Virus record (IMG/VR): IMGVR_UViG_3300024265_000031
Origin: a virus
Strand: one strand, 5' to 3'
Length of the DNA stretch: 64,000 nt
Each line of letters opens with the position of its first letter. The stretch's first letter is position 1. Below the pieces are notes generated by a model. That model searched no databases and had not been told where the DNA came from. It saw only the letters and a program-made list of their open reading frames with translations. Shown piece after piece: positions 47,089-56,463 of the stretch. The position numbers and the translations under genes were made by a program.

Positions 47089-48372
47089 TTAATATTCTAA
47101 GTATTTTCGCAACAAATTTCTCATTCTTTCACTAGGTATATAAATTTGTATTTCTTTATCATTTCTTATGGCGCTCCTAAATATCCACTGTAGCATTTCT
47201 GATAGAGCAAACTTATCTTGATCTATTTGAATATTTCTTTTTTTGAAAAATAAATTATAATAAGGATTGATATACCTATTCACCATGTAAGCCAGAACGG
47301 TTCTATCCCCATAATTGTTAGTGGCTCTGGAGTTTACTGAAATATGATTTTTAGGCGAAACATTTTTACTCTTTAGTAAATTGATATGTGGTTTAAAGCA
47401 AGTCCACAATCTTTCAGAGGATTTGCTATGAGTAATATTGGTAAAAAAATTTCTCATATTATTTTGTAGAATTGGAATAAATGATGGATTTTTATCATAC
47501 CAGTTAGAAGAGAGAGTAGTTTCATGTAATCTATTTTTGGTATCATAGTAAGCTTCACCAATTTTGTTTATTTTATGATTTTGTTGAAAAACTATTTTTC
47601 TAAGTATTTTTTGCTTCCACTCGCTTTCGTCATGCAATCCCTTTTCAATTGAAAACTTGTTATTTATATGATCGTGTACAATATGATAAATAGAATAATC
47701 CAACTCGAAATAATCATAATAATAGCTTTGCATTTGTGAAGAAAATTGGTGAGTCATAATAAATACTTCAGAGAATGTTCCTTCCATGAAAACACTTATT
47801 GGGAATGACCATAGCAATAATGAATCGCTCACTAAGTATAATAGTCCTCTGTTTGCCATTTCTTTCATTGGCTCATAAAAACTAAGAGTTTTATTAGATA
47901 GCCATCGTATTGTGTAATCATCATCGACCCCTATTGTATTATCGTCTTTTAATATACTTACATCATTTCTTGTAATATGGTCTTGTTGTTCTCTGGCTAA
48001 GTCTTTTTTCCCAGATACATTCCATTTATCTATGGTTTGAAATACTTCATCTAGAAATAATATATATTCGTGTAATCGCAATGCTTGTATCAATTCATCA
48101 GATATATTGGAGAATAGTGCGTGGGTAGAAACAATATTTTCTCCATCCATAACTAATTGAACCAGGTGTCTTAGTTTGCTTCCTTTGCCTTTTCTGGCAT
48201 CTGGTTGCACAAAATTTTTATTAGGACAAGATTTTATAATTCTGTTTACTTCATCCAGATATGGAGTAATATAAATTATTTTAGTGTCCGAATCCGATTC
48301 ATTGATTGTTTGGATTCCAAAACTTGTTTTCCCGCACCCTGGATATCCATCTATTACTTTTACTCTGCTCAT
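47089..48372 (-). CDS. SF2 helicase-like P-loop protein (possible origin-binding protein)
   Basis: IDGYPGCGKTS Walker A, YITPYLDEV, STHALF, FLDEV, QWIFRSAIR, PSERMR. Confidence 0.8.
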   Translation of the reverse strand: MSRVKVIDGYPGCGKTSFGIQTINESDSDTKIIYITPYLDEVNRIIKSCPNKNFVQPDARKGKGSKLRHLVQLVMDGENIVSTHALFSNISDELIQALRLHEYILFLDEVFQTIDKWNVSGKKDLAREQQDHITRNDVSILKDDNTIGVDDDYTIRWLSNKTLSFYEPMKEMANRGLLYLVSDSLLLWSFPISVFMEGTFSEVFIMTHQFSSQMQSYYYDYFELDYSIYHIVHDHINNKFSIEKGLHDESEWKQKILRKIVFQQNHKINKIGEAYYDTKNRLHETTLSSNWYDKNPSFIPILQNNMRNFFTNITHSKSSERLWTCFKPHINLLKSKNVSPKNHISVNSRATNNYGDRTVLAYMVNRYINPYYNLFFKKRNIQIDQDKFALSEMLQWIFRSAIRNDKEIQIYIPSERMRNLLRKYLEY

Positions 48373-48563
48373 AAAGTTTTCTCGATACTATGGAACATTT
48401 TACCAGTATCTTTTAATTTATCTTTGGGAATGGCATAATGGAGAGCCAGAAACCTTCTCAATTCAGTCATCCATAATTCCCAGTCACAATTAGCCATTTC
48501 TTTCCATATTTCTACATCCTCTACTTGGGATCTAGCAAGAATTTCTTTTATTTCAATATTCAT
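48369..48563 (-). CDS. Hypothetical protein
   Basis: AGGAG RBS downstream of promoter; ATGA overlap with next gene. Confidence 0.7.
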   Translation of the reverse strand: MNIEIKEILARSQVEDVEIWKEMANCDWELWMTELRRFLALHYAIPKDKLKDTGKMFHSIEKTL

Positions 48564-48593
48564 TGTGCTCCTAAATGTTAGTTTCTAGTAATA

Positions 48594-48662
48594 ATTATAA
48601 CATATATTGGTATATTTGTCAATAGACAACCACTTGACAAAACGGTAATTTTATGGTATACT
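48594..48662. promoter_or_regulatory. Back-to-back divergent sigma70 promoters at the strand switch
   Basis: Minus TTGACA-17-TATAAT (48594-48622); plus TTGACA-17-TATACT (48634-48662). Confidence 0.85.
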
Positions 48663-48687
48663 TTTAGTAATATGAAAGGAATAAAGT

Positions 48688-48918
48688 ATGGATAGTGACA
48701 ATAGTAGTAATAATAACAATCTCCCCCAATTAGAATTATCTGAATGTGATTTATGTATTCATTGTGAAATATGCACTTGGATAGAAAAGTTCTCAGACAA
48801 CTCTGGCAGTTTGTGTATAAATTTTATTGATTTAGATTATTCAATCAGATATAATGGAAAAGAAGAATCTGATTGGGAAGAAATGTCATTTAGGAAATAT
48901 GTAAGTCAAGCATATTAA
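48688..48918 (+). CDS. Small Cys-rich protein
   Basis: AAGGA RBS; CxxCxxCxxC...C. Confidence 0.7.
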   Translation: MDSDNSSNNNNLPQLELSECDLCIHCEICTWIEKFSDNSGSLCINFIDLDYSIRYNGKEESDWEEMSFRKYVSQAY

Positions 48919-48939
48919 AAATTTATTCTGGAGGTACTT

Positions 48940-51666
48940 ATTACTACGCCTAAAAAGCTACAACAGTACTACATATTTAAATTTAAATCGAGCAGGCTTA
49001 AAAACAATGATTACAACATAAAGTTAGACATAGGCCAAAGTCGTAAAAATGGTGAATTGATCAGTATGGGGGATTCACAAATGCTGAGAAGTTTGCGGAA
49101 CATAAAAGACCAACAAAATAATCAAGAAGAAATAACCACTCTGTTTACAGAAAAAAATAAAATTAAAAATAGAGTTTCTAGTAAAGAAAATTCCAAAAAA
49201 CTAAAAAGATTGCAAGGTAACATAGACAGAATTCTTTTTGTTCCAGAAATCATTAGTGTGGTTATAGATGATAACCGTCACTATGATAATATAATTAAAA
49301 ATGGACTTTTTATAAACAACAAAAAATTTGTAAGATTATTGTGTGGGGCTGGAAATGCCAGAAGAGACACGGTTATATTTGTAGCAGAAAATTATGAGTT
49401 TGAATTGAAAGAATTATTGAATAATAATAGAAATTCAACTCAATTAGTTCCAGCAAAGTTTAATGCATATTTTGCTTTGTGTGCTTCAGCTACATTACAA
49501 GTAAGCGAACCATATTTTTGTGTGATCCCAGATTGTGTAATTCCTAAAACGGTTGAAGTTGACTATATCAATGGTGACAACACAGTAATTCAAAAACAAA
49601 TGGAAATTTCATTTAATTTGTTTGATGGGATGGGATTGATTTCTCCAAGGGGGGCTGAAATGTGGGCGGGTGATTTAGGGTTAGATTATATACCTGCTAC
49701 TTTCATAATCCGCAATTCCTTTTTAAAGGGAATGGTCTGCGTAATGGATTTTAATAAATTCTCTGATGAAATTGGAAAGCATTTGATAAAAGATATATGG
49801 GGAAATACTGTAAATACAAGAGACATGGATTTGATTTTAACAGAATCACAATTTAAATTATGGAATGCATATGATTCGTGCGATACATATATACAAGCAT
49901 GTAGACAAAACAATATGACTTGGGGAATTTCCAGATATGCTCCTAAAGAAGAAAGTACATTTGTTTTTAGTAACTATCAGTTTTTGCAAGCCCTTGATTT
50001 AAATGAATCACAAATTGAAAAATTATGTCAAAAAACAATTGATTATTTTGAGGGAGTAATCAATGAAGATATTGCATATACTTTATTATATTTGTTAGGC
50101 AAAAATTCAAGCAAATCTTATGATTCTAATATTATTGATAAAGTGTACGACAATGTAACCAAGGCCATATTGTTGCACAATGACTTGTTAACTGATCCAT
50201 ACATTAAAAATTACATCATTAGATCTTTAAACAAGAAAATTAAAAAATCCTATATTGGTAATCTAATAATGGATGGAAATTATCAAATAATGATACATGA
50301 TCCTTATGCGTTTATGGAACATGCATTTAGTCTATCTGTTAAAGGCTTGTTAGAAAAGAACACTCATTATAGTACTTATTGGAATGAAAGAGATGTTGAT
50401 ATAGTAGTCGCTTGTCGCCCTCCTTTAACTTGGAGATCTGAAGTAAATAAGTTAAACTTGATTTCTGGAGCAAAACAAAAACACTGGTACAAACATATAA
50501 CAGGTGGTATCATTTATAATATCCATGGCCATGACACTATGCTTCATGCAGACAGTGACGTTGATGGTGACATAATAATGACTACAAACAACACTCAAAT
50601 AATTGACGGTTCGTATGGGGGCTTGCCCATTACGTATGAATTAAACAAAATTTCCAAAGAAACAATCATGGAAGAAGAACTATATAAAGTAGATAAAAAG
50701 GCTTTTCACACTAAAATAGGCTTCATTACCAATTGTAGCACCACATTGTATTCTATGTTGCCAGAATATAAAGAAGGTTCATTAGAATACAATACCCTTA
50801 TCAATCGTTTAAAAATTTGTCGTAAAGAACAAGGAAATCAAATAGACAAGTCTAAAGGATTGCAAGTCAAACCCTTTCCCAAACATTGGACAACGTGGCA
50901 AAAAGTACAAGTAGATAAGGAATATTCTAGTAGAGATCTCAAAAAAATAGACCTTGACAATTCTATTATAATAGATAAGCGTCCTTATTTTATGCGTTAT
51001 TTATATAGTGGCTACAACAAGAAATATAAAAAACATTTGCATAATTATGATAATTATTCGATTGCATTCTTTGGCAAAGAGCTTGACCAGTTATTAAAAA
51101 ACCCTGGAACCAAAGAAGAGCATGATACAATTAGCAAGTATTATAGGTTTAGTCCATTGCTGGATTCAAAATGTCTTATGAATAAAGTTTGTCACTATAT
51201 GGAATCGCAAGTTAATTTACTTAAAGAAAAACATCGTCCACATATTACAGAAAAGAACATCATGTTATTGAAAGACCATTCTATTGAAACAGATCCAACA
51301 AAATTGAAAAAATTATATGATTTATATAAAAAATATAAAAATGAAAAACGTAATTTTGCCATGATCTATAATGAAGATGGTACGGCTAAGTATAAAACTA
51401 TTGAACAATTTAATAAGTCTGTTCGTCAAGAAGCCTATAATACAATTAGTTCTAATATAAGCGAATTAGCAAATCTTGCAGTAGCAATTTGCTATGAAGC
51501 TCATGTTGCAGACAATAAATCTTTTGCTTGGAGTGTTTTTTCTGAGGGGATTATTCAAAACATTATGAAAAACAAACAGAAGAATATTGTGGCTCCCTTT
51601 TTGGACAGAAATGGAGATATTGAATATTTGGGCAATATGTATGCATTGAAAAATATTGAGATATAA
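48940..51666 (+). CDS. YonO-like single-subunit two-barrel DNA-dependent RNA polymerase
   Basis: DSDVDGD (DxDGD) catalytic motif, FDGMGLISP, KGM, R.P, GFITN, IDKSK; frame extends upstream of track start to ATT at 48940 behind GGAGG. Confidence 0.88.
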   Translation: MTTPKKLQQYYIFKFKSSRLKNNDYNIKLDIGQSRKNGELISMGDSQMLRSLRNIKDQQNNQEEITTLFTEKNKIKNRVSSKENSKKLKRLQGNIDRILFVPEIISVVIDDNRHYDNIIKNGLFINNKKFVRLLCGAGNARRDTVIFVAENYEFELKELLNNNRNSTQLVPAKFNAYFALCASATLQVSEPYFCVIPDCVIPKTVEVDYINGDNTVIQKQMEISFNLFDGMGLISPRGAEMWAGDLGLDYIPATFIIRNSFLKGMVCVMDFNKFSDEIGKHLIKDIWGNTVNTRDMDLILTESQFKLWNAYDSCDTYIQACRQNNMTWGISRYAPKEESTFVFSNYQFLQALDLNESQIEKLCQKTIDYFEGVINEDIAYTLLYLLGKNSSKSYDSNIIDKVYDNVTKAILLHNDLLTDPYIKNYIIRSLNKKIKKSYIGNLIMDGNYQIMIHDPYAFMEHAFSLSVKGLLEKNTHYSTYWNERDVDIVVACRPPLTWRSEVNKLNLISGAKQKHWYKHITGGIIYNIHGHDTMLHADSDVDGDIIMTTNNTQIIDGSYGGLPITYELNKISKETIMEEELYKVDKKAFHTKIGFITNCSTTLYSMLPEYKEGSLEYNTLINRLKICRKEQGNQIDKSKGLQVKPFPKHWTTWQKVQVDKEYSSRDLKKIDLDNSIIIDKRPYFMRYLYSGYNKKYKKHLHNYDNYSIAFFGKELDQLLKNPGTKEEHDTISKYYRFSPLLDSKCLMNKVCHYMESQVNLLKEKHRPHITEKNIMLLKDHSIETDPTKLKKLYDLYKKYKNEKRNFAMIYNEDGTAKYKTIEQFNKSVRQEAYNTISSNISELANLAVAICYEAHVADNKSFAWSVFSEGIIQNIMKNKQKNIVAPFLDRNGDIEYLGNMYALKNIEI

Positions 51667-52402
51667 TTTGAAAATATTGTATGAAAAAAGGCACGCTGAA
51701 AAAATATTGAAATCTGGATTTTCTTCTTTTATGTCCAGGGGCGATTTATTTATCCTTGCAAAATATTTTAAACATATAGGAAAAAATAAAAGACAAATAG
51801 AAAAAGATCTAATATTATTTTGTGAAGAACACAATCCTGAATTTAATCATGTTATTTTTGATAAAATAATAAAAAATATTGTGCGAAATTCATTGAAATA
51901 TGCATTAAACTCAGAAAATCCTGTTAAAATTACTAAAAACGAACTAAAATCAATAAGATCTGTAAAAAATTACAATAAAGAGAAAATTTTACTAGTTATG
52001 CTTGTTTCTGCTAAATATTTAGCTAAGAAAGGAGCGGAATCTTTTTATGCCAAGATGGAATTTACTGAAATTATTAAAAGGGCTAAGGTAAGTGTTCCCA
52101 AAGAAGAAAGAAAGAAAATTTTACATGCATTGAATAATACTGAACTAATCCAGGCCACATTTTTTTCAAATTCTTTTAGAGTAACATTTGTAGACATGGA
52201 CAATAGAAACAATGGTGATGGGGAAGCATTTATTGTTGACGATGTAGACAATGTTCCTTTGTTTTTGCCATTTTTTTGTGATAGCTGTGGAAAACAATTG
52301 AAAAAGAAACCTAAAAGAAGAGTTGTATGTAATAAATGTTATCCAGCGTCTAAAAATGAACAAACTGCTGCTAGAGTAAAAAAACATAGAGAAAAACGTT
52401 AA
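51656..52402 (+). CDS. Basic protein with C-terminal zinc ribbon, overlapping RNAP gene
   Basis: CDSCG...CNKC; TTG start overlaps RNAP 3' end. Confidence 0.78.
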   Translation: MRYNLKILYEKRHAEKILKSGFSSFMSRGDLFILAKYFKHIGKNKRQIEKDLILFCEEHNPEFNHVIFDKIIKNIVRNSLKYALNSENPVKITKNELKSIRSVKNYNKEKILLVMLVSAKYLAKKGAESFYAKMEFTEIIKRAKVSVPKEERKKILHALNNTELIQATFFSNSFRVTFVDMDNRNNGDGEAFIVDDVDNVPLFLPFFCDSCGKQLKKKPKRRVVCNKCYPASKNEQTAARVKKHREKR

Positions 52403-52421
52403 TGTAACGCTATAAATTTAT

Positions 52422-53165
52422 TTGTTAATAAGGTATATAAATAAAGGAATAAAATGTTATATGGATATTAGTGACATGTGTAAAACCCCAGAGGACAAAG
52501 AAGAGACTGAATGGTTTGATAAAATATTTAAAATGAATCCTCCAGATGAAGTTATTGCATATTTTGGAATATATAGAAGAAGATATTATCTTTTTCCAAA
52601 CAGGCATGTAAATTTCTTGTTTAAATTTTTTTATCCTTTAGTGTTTGGTTCTCGTGAGACTGATGAAAAAGCAGCGGAATACTCAGTTGTTAGTGAGCTC
52701 AAAGTTCGCAATGGAATGGTTTGGTTATTTCATGAAATATGTCAAAATTTTATAAGAGTTAATTCAGTGGCTTTTATACGCAGGAATCGTCAGTGTCCAA
52801 TTTGCGATATTTTAGAAGGAAGATCTAAGGGCGAAGATAAAATTATAAAATTTTTGAGAAATCATTCAATATTTTTTGACAAAGAATATTCTTTTAAAGA
52901 TTTGAAATCTAAAAATAATTATAAACTTAGATTTGATTTCGCTATTTTTAATGATTTTGAAATGGACAAATTAGATTTTTTATGTGAATATGATGGGGAG
53001 TTTCATTATCTACCTTTAATTAGCGAAGAACGATTAAAAAAACAACAAGAAACAGATTTTTTAAAAAATAATTATTGTAAGAAAAATAATATAAGACTTC
53101 TTAGAATACCATATTGGGAATTGGACAATATTGAAAATATTTTAGAAAAAGAATTTAAATTATAA
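52422..53165 (+). CDS. Vsr-like/PD-(D/E)xK (DUF2726/DUF559-type) putative homing endonuclease
   Basis: CPIC..SKGE..I, RFDF, EYDGEFHY, D..K..YC, LLRIPYW. Confidence 0.82.
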   Translation: MLIRYINKGIKCYMDISDMCKTPEDKEETEWFDKIFKMNPPDEVIAYFGIYRRRYYLFPNRHVNFLFKFFYPLVFGSRETDEKAAEYSVVSELKVRNGMVWLFHEICQNFIRVNSVAFIRRNRQCPICDILEGRSKGEDKIIKFLRNHSIFFDKEYSFKDLKSKNNYKLRFDFAIFNDFEMDKLDFLCEYDGEFHYLPLISEERLKKQQETDFLKNNYCKKNNIRLLRIPYWELDNIENILEKEFKL

Positions 53166-53191
53166 AAATAAAAAAGAGAGCAAAATAAAAA

Positions 53192-53521
53192 ATGAATGAA
53201 AGATTTAATCGTGAATGGCTAATAAAAGAATTATCAGAACGTTATCAATTTACTAAGGGTGATGTTAAAATATTGATGGATGGGTTTAAAGAGATCTGTG
53301 AAGAAGTTGTGGAGAATCAAGACATACTTCATATTCCTGCGCTTTTTACATTGCAGGTTACTCCAATGAAGCCAAAAAAATATTGGAATATGCGCGAGAA
53401 GAAAATATTGGAATACAGTGGATCTTTTAGGGTGAAATTTACACCATCTCAATTATTGAGCAAACGTGCTAAAGTAGCGCATGAAGAATCATTAGAGGAG
53501 GAATTGGAATATGGCGAGTGA
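53192..53521 (+). CDS. HU/IHF-like DNA-binding protein
   Basis: LIKELSE...F.L...WN.......VKFTPSQLL; position matches SPbeta yonN. Confidence 0.8.
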   Translation: MNERFNREWLIKELSERYQFTKGDVKILMDGFKEICEEVVENQDILHIPALFTLQVTPMKPKKYWNMREKKILEYSGSFRVKFTPSQLLSKRAKVAHEESLEEELEYGE

Positions 53522-53825
53522 TATACAGGGCAGGTACTATAGCGAAACATTAACTTCCGCTTCGGCTAATTATGATTTAATGGATATTTTTAGGGAAAGG
53601 TTGGCAATACCTGCCACGGCTCCATTTGTAGCAAAAAAGGTAACGTTGATCAGTTCTGGATCTGCTTCAATTAGTGTAAACGTTAATAATGTTGGTAATG
53701 CCACATTATTTGAAAATGCTGATGGCAATCGAGTTTTAAATTTAGACGGAAAAGATGTTCTGGTTTCTTCTTTAAAAGTTGTTGAAGCTAGTGCAAGTAG
53801 CATTTTCCTAGCCATTGTATACTAG
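53511..53825 (+). CDS. Hypothetical (probable virion) protein
   Basis: GGAGG RBS; Ser/Ala/Val-rich beta composition. Confidence 0.7.
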   Translation: MASDIQGRYYSETLTSASANYDLMDIFRERLAIPATAPFVAKKVTLISSGSASISVNVNNVGNATLFENADGNRVLNLDGKDVLVSSLKVVEASASSIFLAIVY

Positions 53826-53834
53826 GGGTAAAAA

Positions 53835-54098
53835 ATGGGTATAAGCAGAGTTGCTACATTTAAAAGTGGAAATACTAGTTGTATTGTTGAATCTGATGAG
53901 GGGATTTTTACTTTGAAGGCTACTGATTTACTTGGCCAATTTAATACGGCTGGAAAAATTTTAACAGAATGCAATAAATATATAACTAAAGATTCCATAT
54001 TTTTCCATAAAAACAGGGATGGAACCATTGCAATAGCAACTGGGGCGGAACCTGATATATGGCCTGAAGATGAATCTGAACCAAAAGAACCTAAATAA
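53835..54098 (+). CDS. Hypothetical protein
   Basis: GGGG RBS; stop inside palindrome arm. Confidence 0.7.
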   Translation: MGISRVATFKSGNTSCIVESDEGIFTLKATDLLGQFNTAGKILTECNKYITKDSIFFHKNRDGTIAIATGAEPDIWPEDESEPKEPK

Positions 54099-54147
54099 AA
54101 TGGGCGTTTTATTGGGGTTGATGATTGTAATAAATAAGAGGTGAAAT

Positions 54148-55560
54148 ATGGGCGTTTTGTTTAATATTAATCATCAGACTGGTGATTTGAGCCAGTATGA
54201 TTCTACTGTTACGGATGGGGGCGATCTTTCTGTAACTGCTGCGGCTAATATGAGTGGAACTAATTCGTATGGGTTGCAGTGTTTAATTGATGTTGGAAAT
54301 GACGCTATGTATGGGCAAATGAATCAAACTGATCCTGGAGGGGGGAAGTTGAGACTTAGGTTTTATGTGAATCCTAATGGGTTAACTATGGGAGAGGGGG
54401 AAGCATTTAGTATTTTGACGCTGAATACAACTGAGGCAGGTGTATCTTACTTGGCTTATGTAAATTTTCTCTATACTGTTGCTACAGGATACAGGGTAAG
54501 AATTGCTGCTCGTGAAGATGATAATACATATTTTGAAACAGTAGCAATTAATATTACAGATGATGTTCATTATATCGAAGCATATATTCAACAAGCTGCG
54601 ACTAATGTATCCTCTGATGGATCAATTGCGTGGTGGATTGACGGAATAGCTCAAACAGAAGTAACTGGAAAAGATAATTTTGATGCTTTTGCAAATATAA
54701 GCAATTTACAGTTTGGAACGCCTGCATTTCTAGACGCAGGAACATCAGGAACCTTCTACCTAGACGAATTCCTAGCCAACGATGACGGCTCCGAAATCGG
54801 CGCAGTAACAACTCCTTCAGGAACCCTATTCAACATAGACCACCAAACAGGCGATCTCTCCCAATACGACTCCACAGCAACAGACGGCGGAGATTTATCA
54901 GTTACAAATCCTGCTGGATTGGCTGGAACTAATTTTGGGTTGAATTGTTTTGTGGATACTACTGATGCTATGTATGGGCAAGTTGATCAGGCGGATACGG
55001 GGACGGGGGTTTTGAGGTTTAGGTTTTATGTCAACCCTAATACCTTGACAATGGCTGATAATGATGAGTTTACACTATTGCAATTTTTTGGAACAACTTC
55101 AGATTTTATAGTATTAGTTCAGTTGGGATACACCTTAGCAAATGGTTACAATTTGAGAACAACAAGTAGGAATGATGCCAATCAAAATGTTATAAATTTT
55201 ACTGAAAATATAACAAATTCTGTGCACTTTATTGAATTAGACATGCAGCAGGCAGCTACCGATGTTAGTTCTAACGGATCTGTTGAACTGTTTATTGATG
55301 GGGTGTCTAAAGCATCAGGGACATCAATAGATAACTATGATATTTTTGCTGACATGCAAACATTTCGTTTGGGGGCAGCATTTGGTCTAGACGCAGGAAC
55401 CTCTGGCACATTCTACCTAGATGAATTCCTAGCCAATGACGACGGCTCCGAAATAGGTCGTAGAGTTTCCCCATTCGCTGAAGGAAAAGGCGGAAAGTTA
55501 GTTTCTGCAGGAATGACAGATTATGGTTTGGTTAACCCTCAAGGACTAGCGAGTTTCTGA
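54148..55560 (+). CDS. Acidic protein with two tandem ~220-aa beta-sandwich (LamG/concanavalin-like) repeats
   Basis: LFNI.HQTGDLSQYDST..DGGDLSV...HYIE...IDG...FYLDEFLANDDGSEIG occurs twice. Confidence 0.8.
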   Translation: MGVLFNINHQTGDLSQYDSTVTDGGDLSVTAAANMSGTNSYGLQCLIDVGNDAMYGQMNQTDPGGGKLRLRFYVNPNGLTMGEGEAFSILTLNTTEAGVSYLAYVNFLYTVATGYRVRIAAREDDNTYFETVAINITDDVHYIEAYIQQAATNVSSDGSIAWWIDGIAQTEVTGKDNFDAFANISNLQFGTPAFLDAGTSGTFYLDEFLANDDGSEIGAVTTPSGTLFNIDHQTGDLSQYDSTATDGGDLSVTNPAGLAGTNFGLNCFVDTTDAMYGQVDQADTGTGVLRFRFYVNPNTLTMADNDEFTLLQFFGTTSDFIVLVQLGYTLANGYNLRTTSRNDANQNVINFTENITNSVHFIELDMQQAATDVSSNGSVELFIDGVSKASGTSIDNYDIFADMQTFRLGAAFGLDAGTSGTFYLDEFLANDDGSEIGRRVSPFAEGKGGKLVSAGMTDYGLVNPQGLASF

Positions 55561-55623
55561 AATTTTTCCAAATAAAAGGGAGGTTTTATTTAAAACTTTC
55601 TCAATAACTAAAAGGGAGGCTTT

Positions 55624-56463
55624 ATGGCTATTAGTAATGTAAGTCGTGATACCATAAATAAAATGAATGTTGCCTCTCAAAGAGTATCAATGGGCACAAT
55701 CATACAAGGATTGCAGAATTTCTCTAATACTACGGGATCACACATTGATTCTAGTGGCAGCGAAGTTCACAGCCTTGGAACAATGAGTTCTCAAAGTGCA
55801 AGTAGCATAGACATTTCTGGCGGAGTTGGCAGATTTTCAGACGTTCAAATAAGTGGATCTGTAAATGTAATAAACGCATCTGGATCAGTTGCTAAATTTG
55901 GAAATGGTGCAGAAAGTTATACCCACTTTGAATCAGATGGGACAATGATAATGTCTGGCAGTGCTTTAGTTTGGGAAGATCTAATAATGCCTCTTACTAC
56001 AACAAAAATAGGGGCAAATGAAAAACCAGATTTTGACGAAACAAATGTTGGATATTTGTTTCCACAAAACGACACTGCAGAAATATTATACTTGATTATA
56101 CAAATGCCTCATAGTTGGGCAGAAGGAACGACAATCTGCCCTCATCTTCATTGGAGACAAGAGGAAGATGCTGCTGCCGTTTTCAAATTAGATTATAAAT
56201 GGATCAATATGGATGCGGATACTTCTGGATCTTTTCAAACCCATGTTTTGGATAAATATGAATATACATTTACAAGTGGTAGCATACATCAAGTTTCAGA
56301 ATGTTTAGATTTTATTGATGGAACTGGAAAAACAATATCGTCTGTTTTAACAATGAAATTGTATAGAGATGATGATGTTTATGATGGGGATGCTTTGGCT
56401 TATCAATTTGATATACATTACCAAAGGGATTCTCTTGGCAGTAGAGAGGAGTACGTGAAATAA
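55624..56463 (+). CDS. Probable virion structural/fibre protein
   Basis: GGAGG RBS; repeated SGS motifs; WEDL...QMPHSW.EG...HLHW...DIHYQ.D..GS domain. Confidence 0.7.
   Translation: MAISNVSRDTINKMNVASQRVSMGTIIQGLQNFSNTTGSHIDSSGSEVHSLGTMSSQSASSIDISGGVGRFSDVQISGSVNVINASGSVAKFGNGAESYTHFESDGTMIMSGSALVWEDLIMPLTTTKIGANEKPDFDETNVGYLFPQNDTAEILYLIIQMPHSWAEGTTICPHLHWRQEEDAAAVFKLDYKWINMDADTSGSFQTHVLDKYEYTFTSGSIHQVSECLDFIDGTGKTISSVLTMKLYRDDDVYDGDALAYQFDIHYQRDSLGSREEYVK

Larger units (their letters stand above)
4876..55589. repeat. Dispersed 18-bp palindrome ATRAAA-N6-TTTYAT at gene boundaries (about 47 perfect copies plus 4 with a 5-bp core)
   Basis: Starts at 4876, 6123, 6553, 8243, 10118, 11028, 11331, 11610, 11805, 12111, 12498, 12853, 13759, 16536, 17285, 18049, 18709, 20219, 20492, 21401, 22016, 22731, 23279, 23766, 24615, 24829, 25113, 25433, 25610, 28845, 29194, 29649, 30444, 31301, 33187, 34433, 36020, 36495, 37670, 37955, 38544, 39947, 41326, 43642, 45230, 54095, 55572; N5 variants at 10391, 24394, 33605, 39224. 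Confidence 0.95.

Noticed and set aside
229-48493. Plus-strand ORFs of the track within the minus-strand region, and minus-strand ORFs after 49 kb
   Set aside because: Shadow frames antisense to well-supported genes, without RBS or motifs
48940-51666. Eukaryote-type RNA-dependent RNA polymerase / RNAi role
   Set aside because: Same two-barrel family, but phage context and synteny (HU, phosphoesterase, terminase) match the DNA-dependent YonO type
54148-55560. Diversity-generating retroelement TR/VR pair
   Set aside because: Repeats are in-frame domain duplicates with mostly synonymous, non-adenine-specific differences; no reverse transcriptase in window
4876-55589. Palindromic sites as Rho-independent terminators or RNA hairpins
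   Set aside because: AU-only stems, non-compensatory A.C mismatches in the mRNA sense, fixed 6-nt spacer, and presence within tightly packed operons
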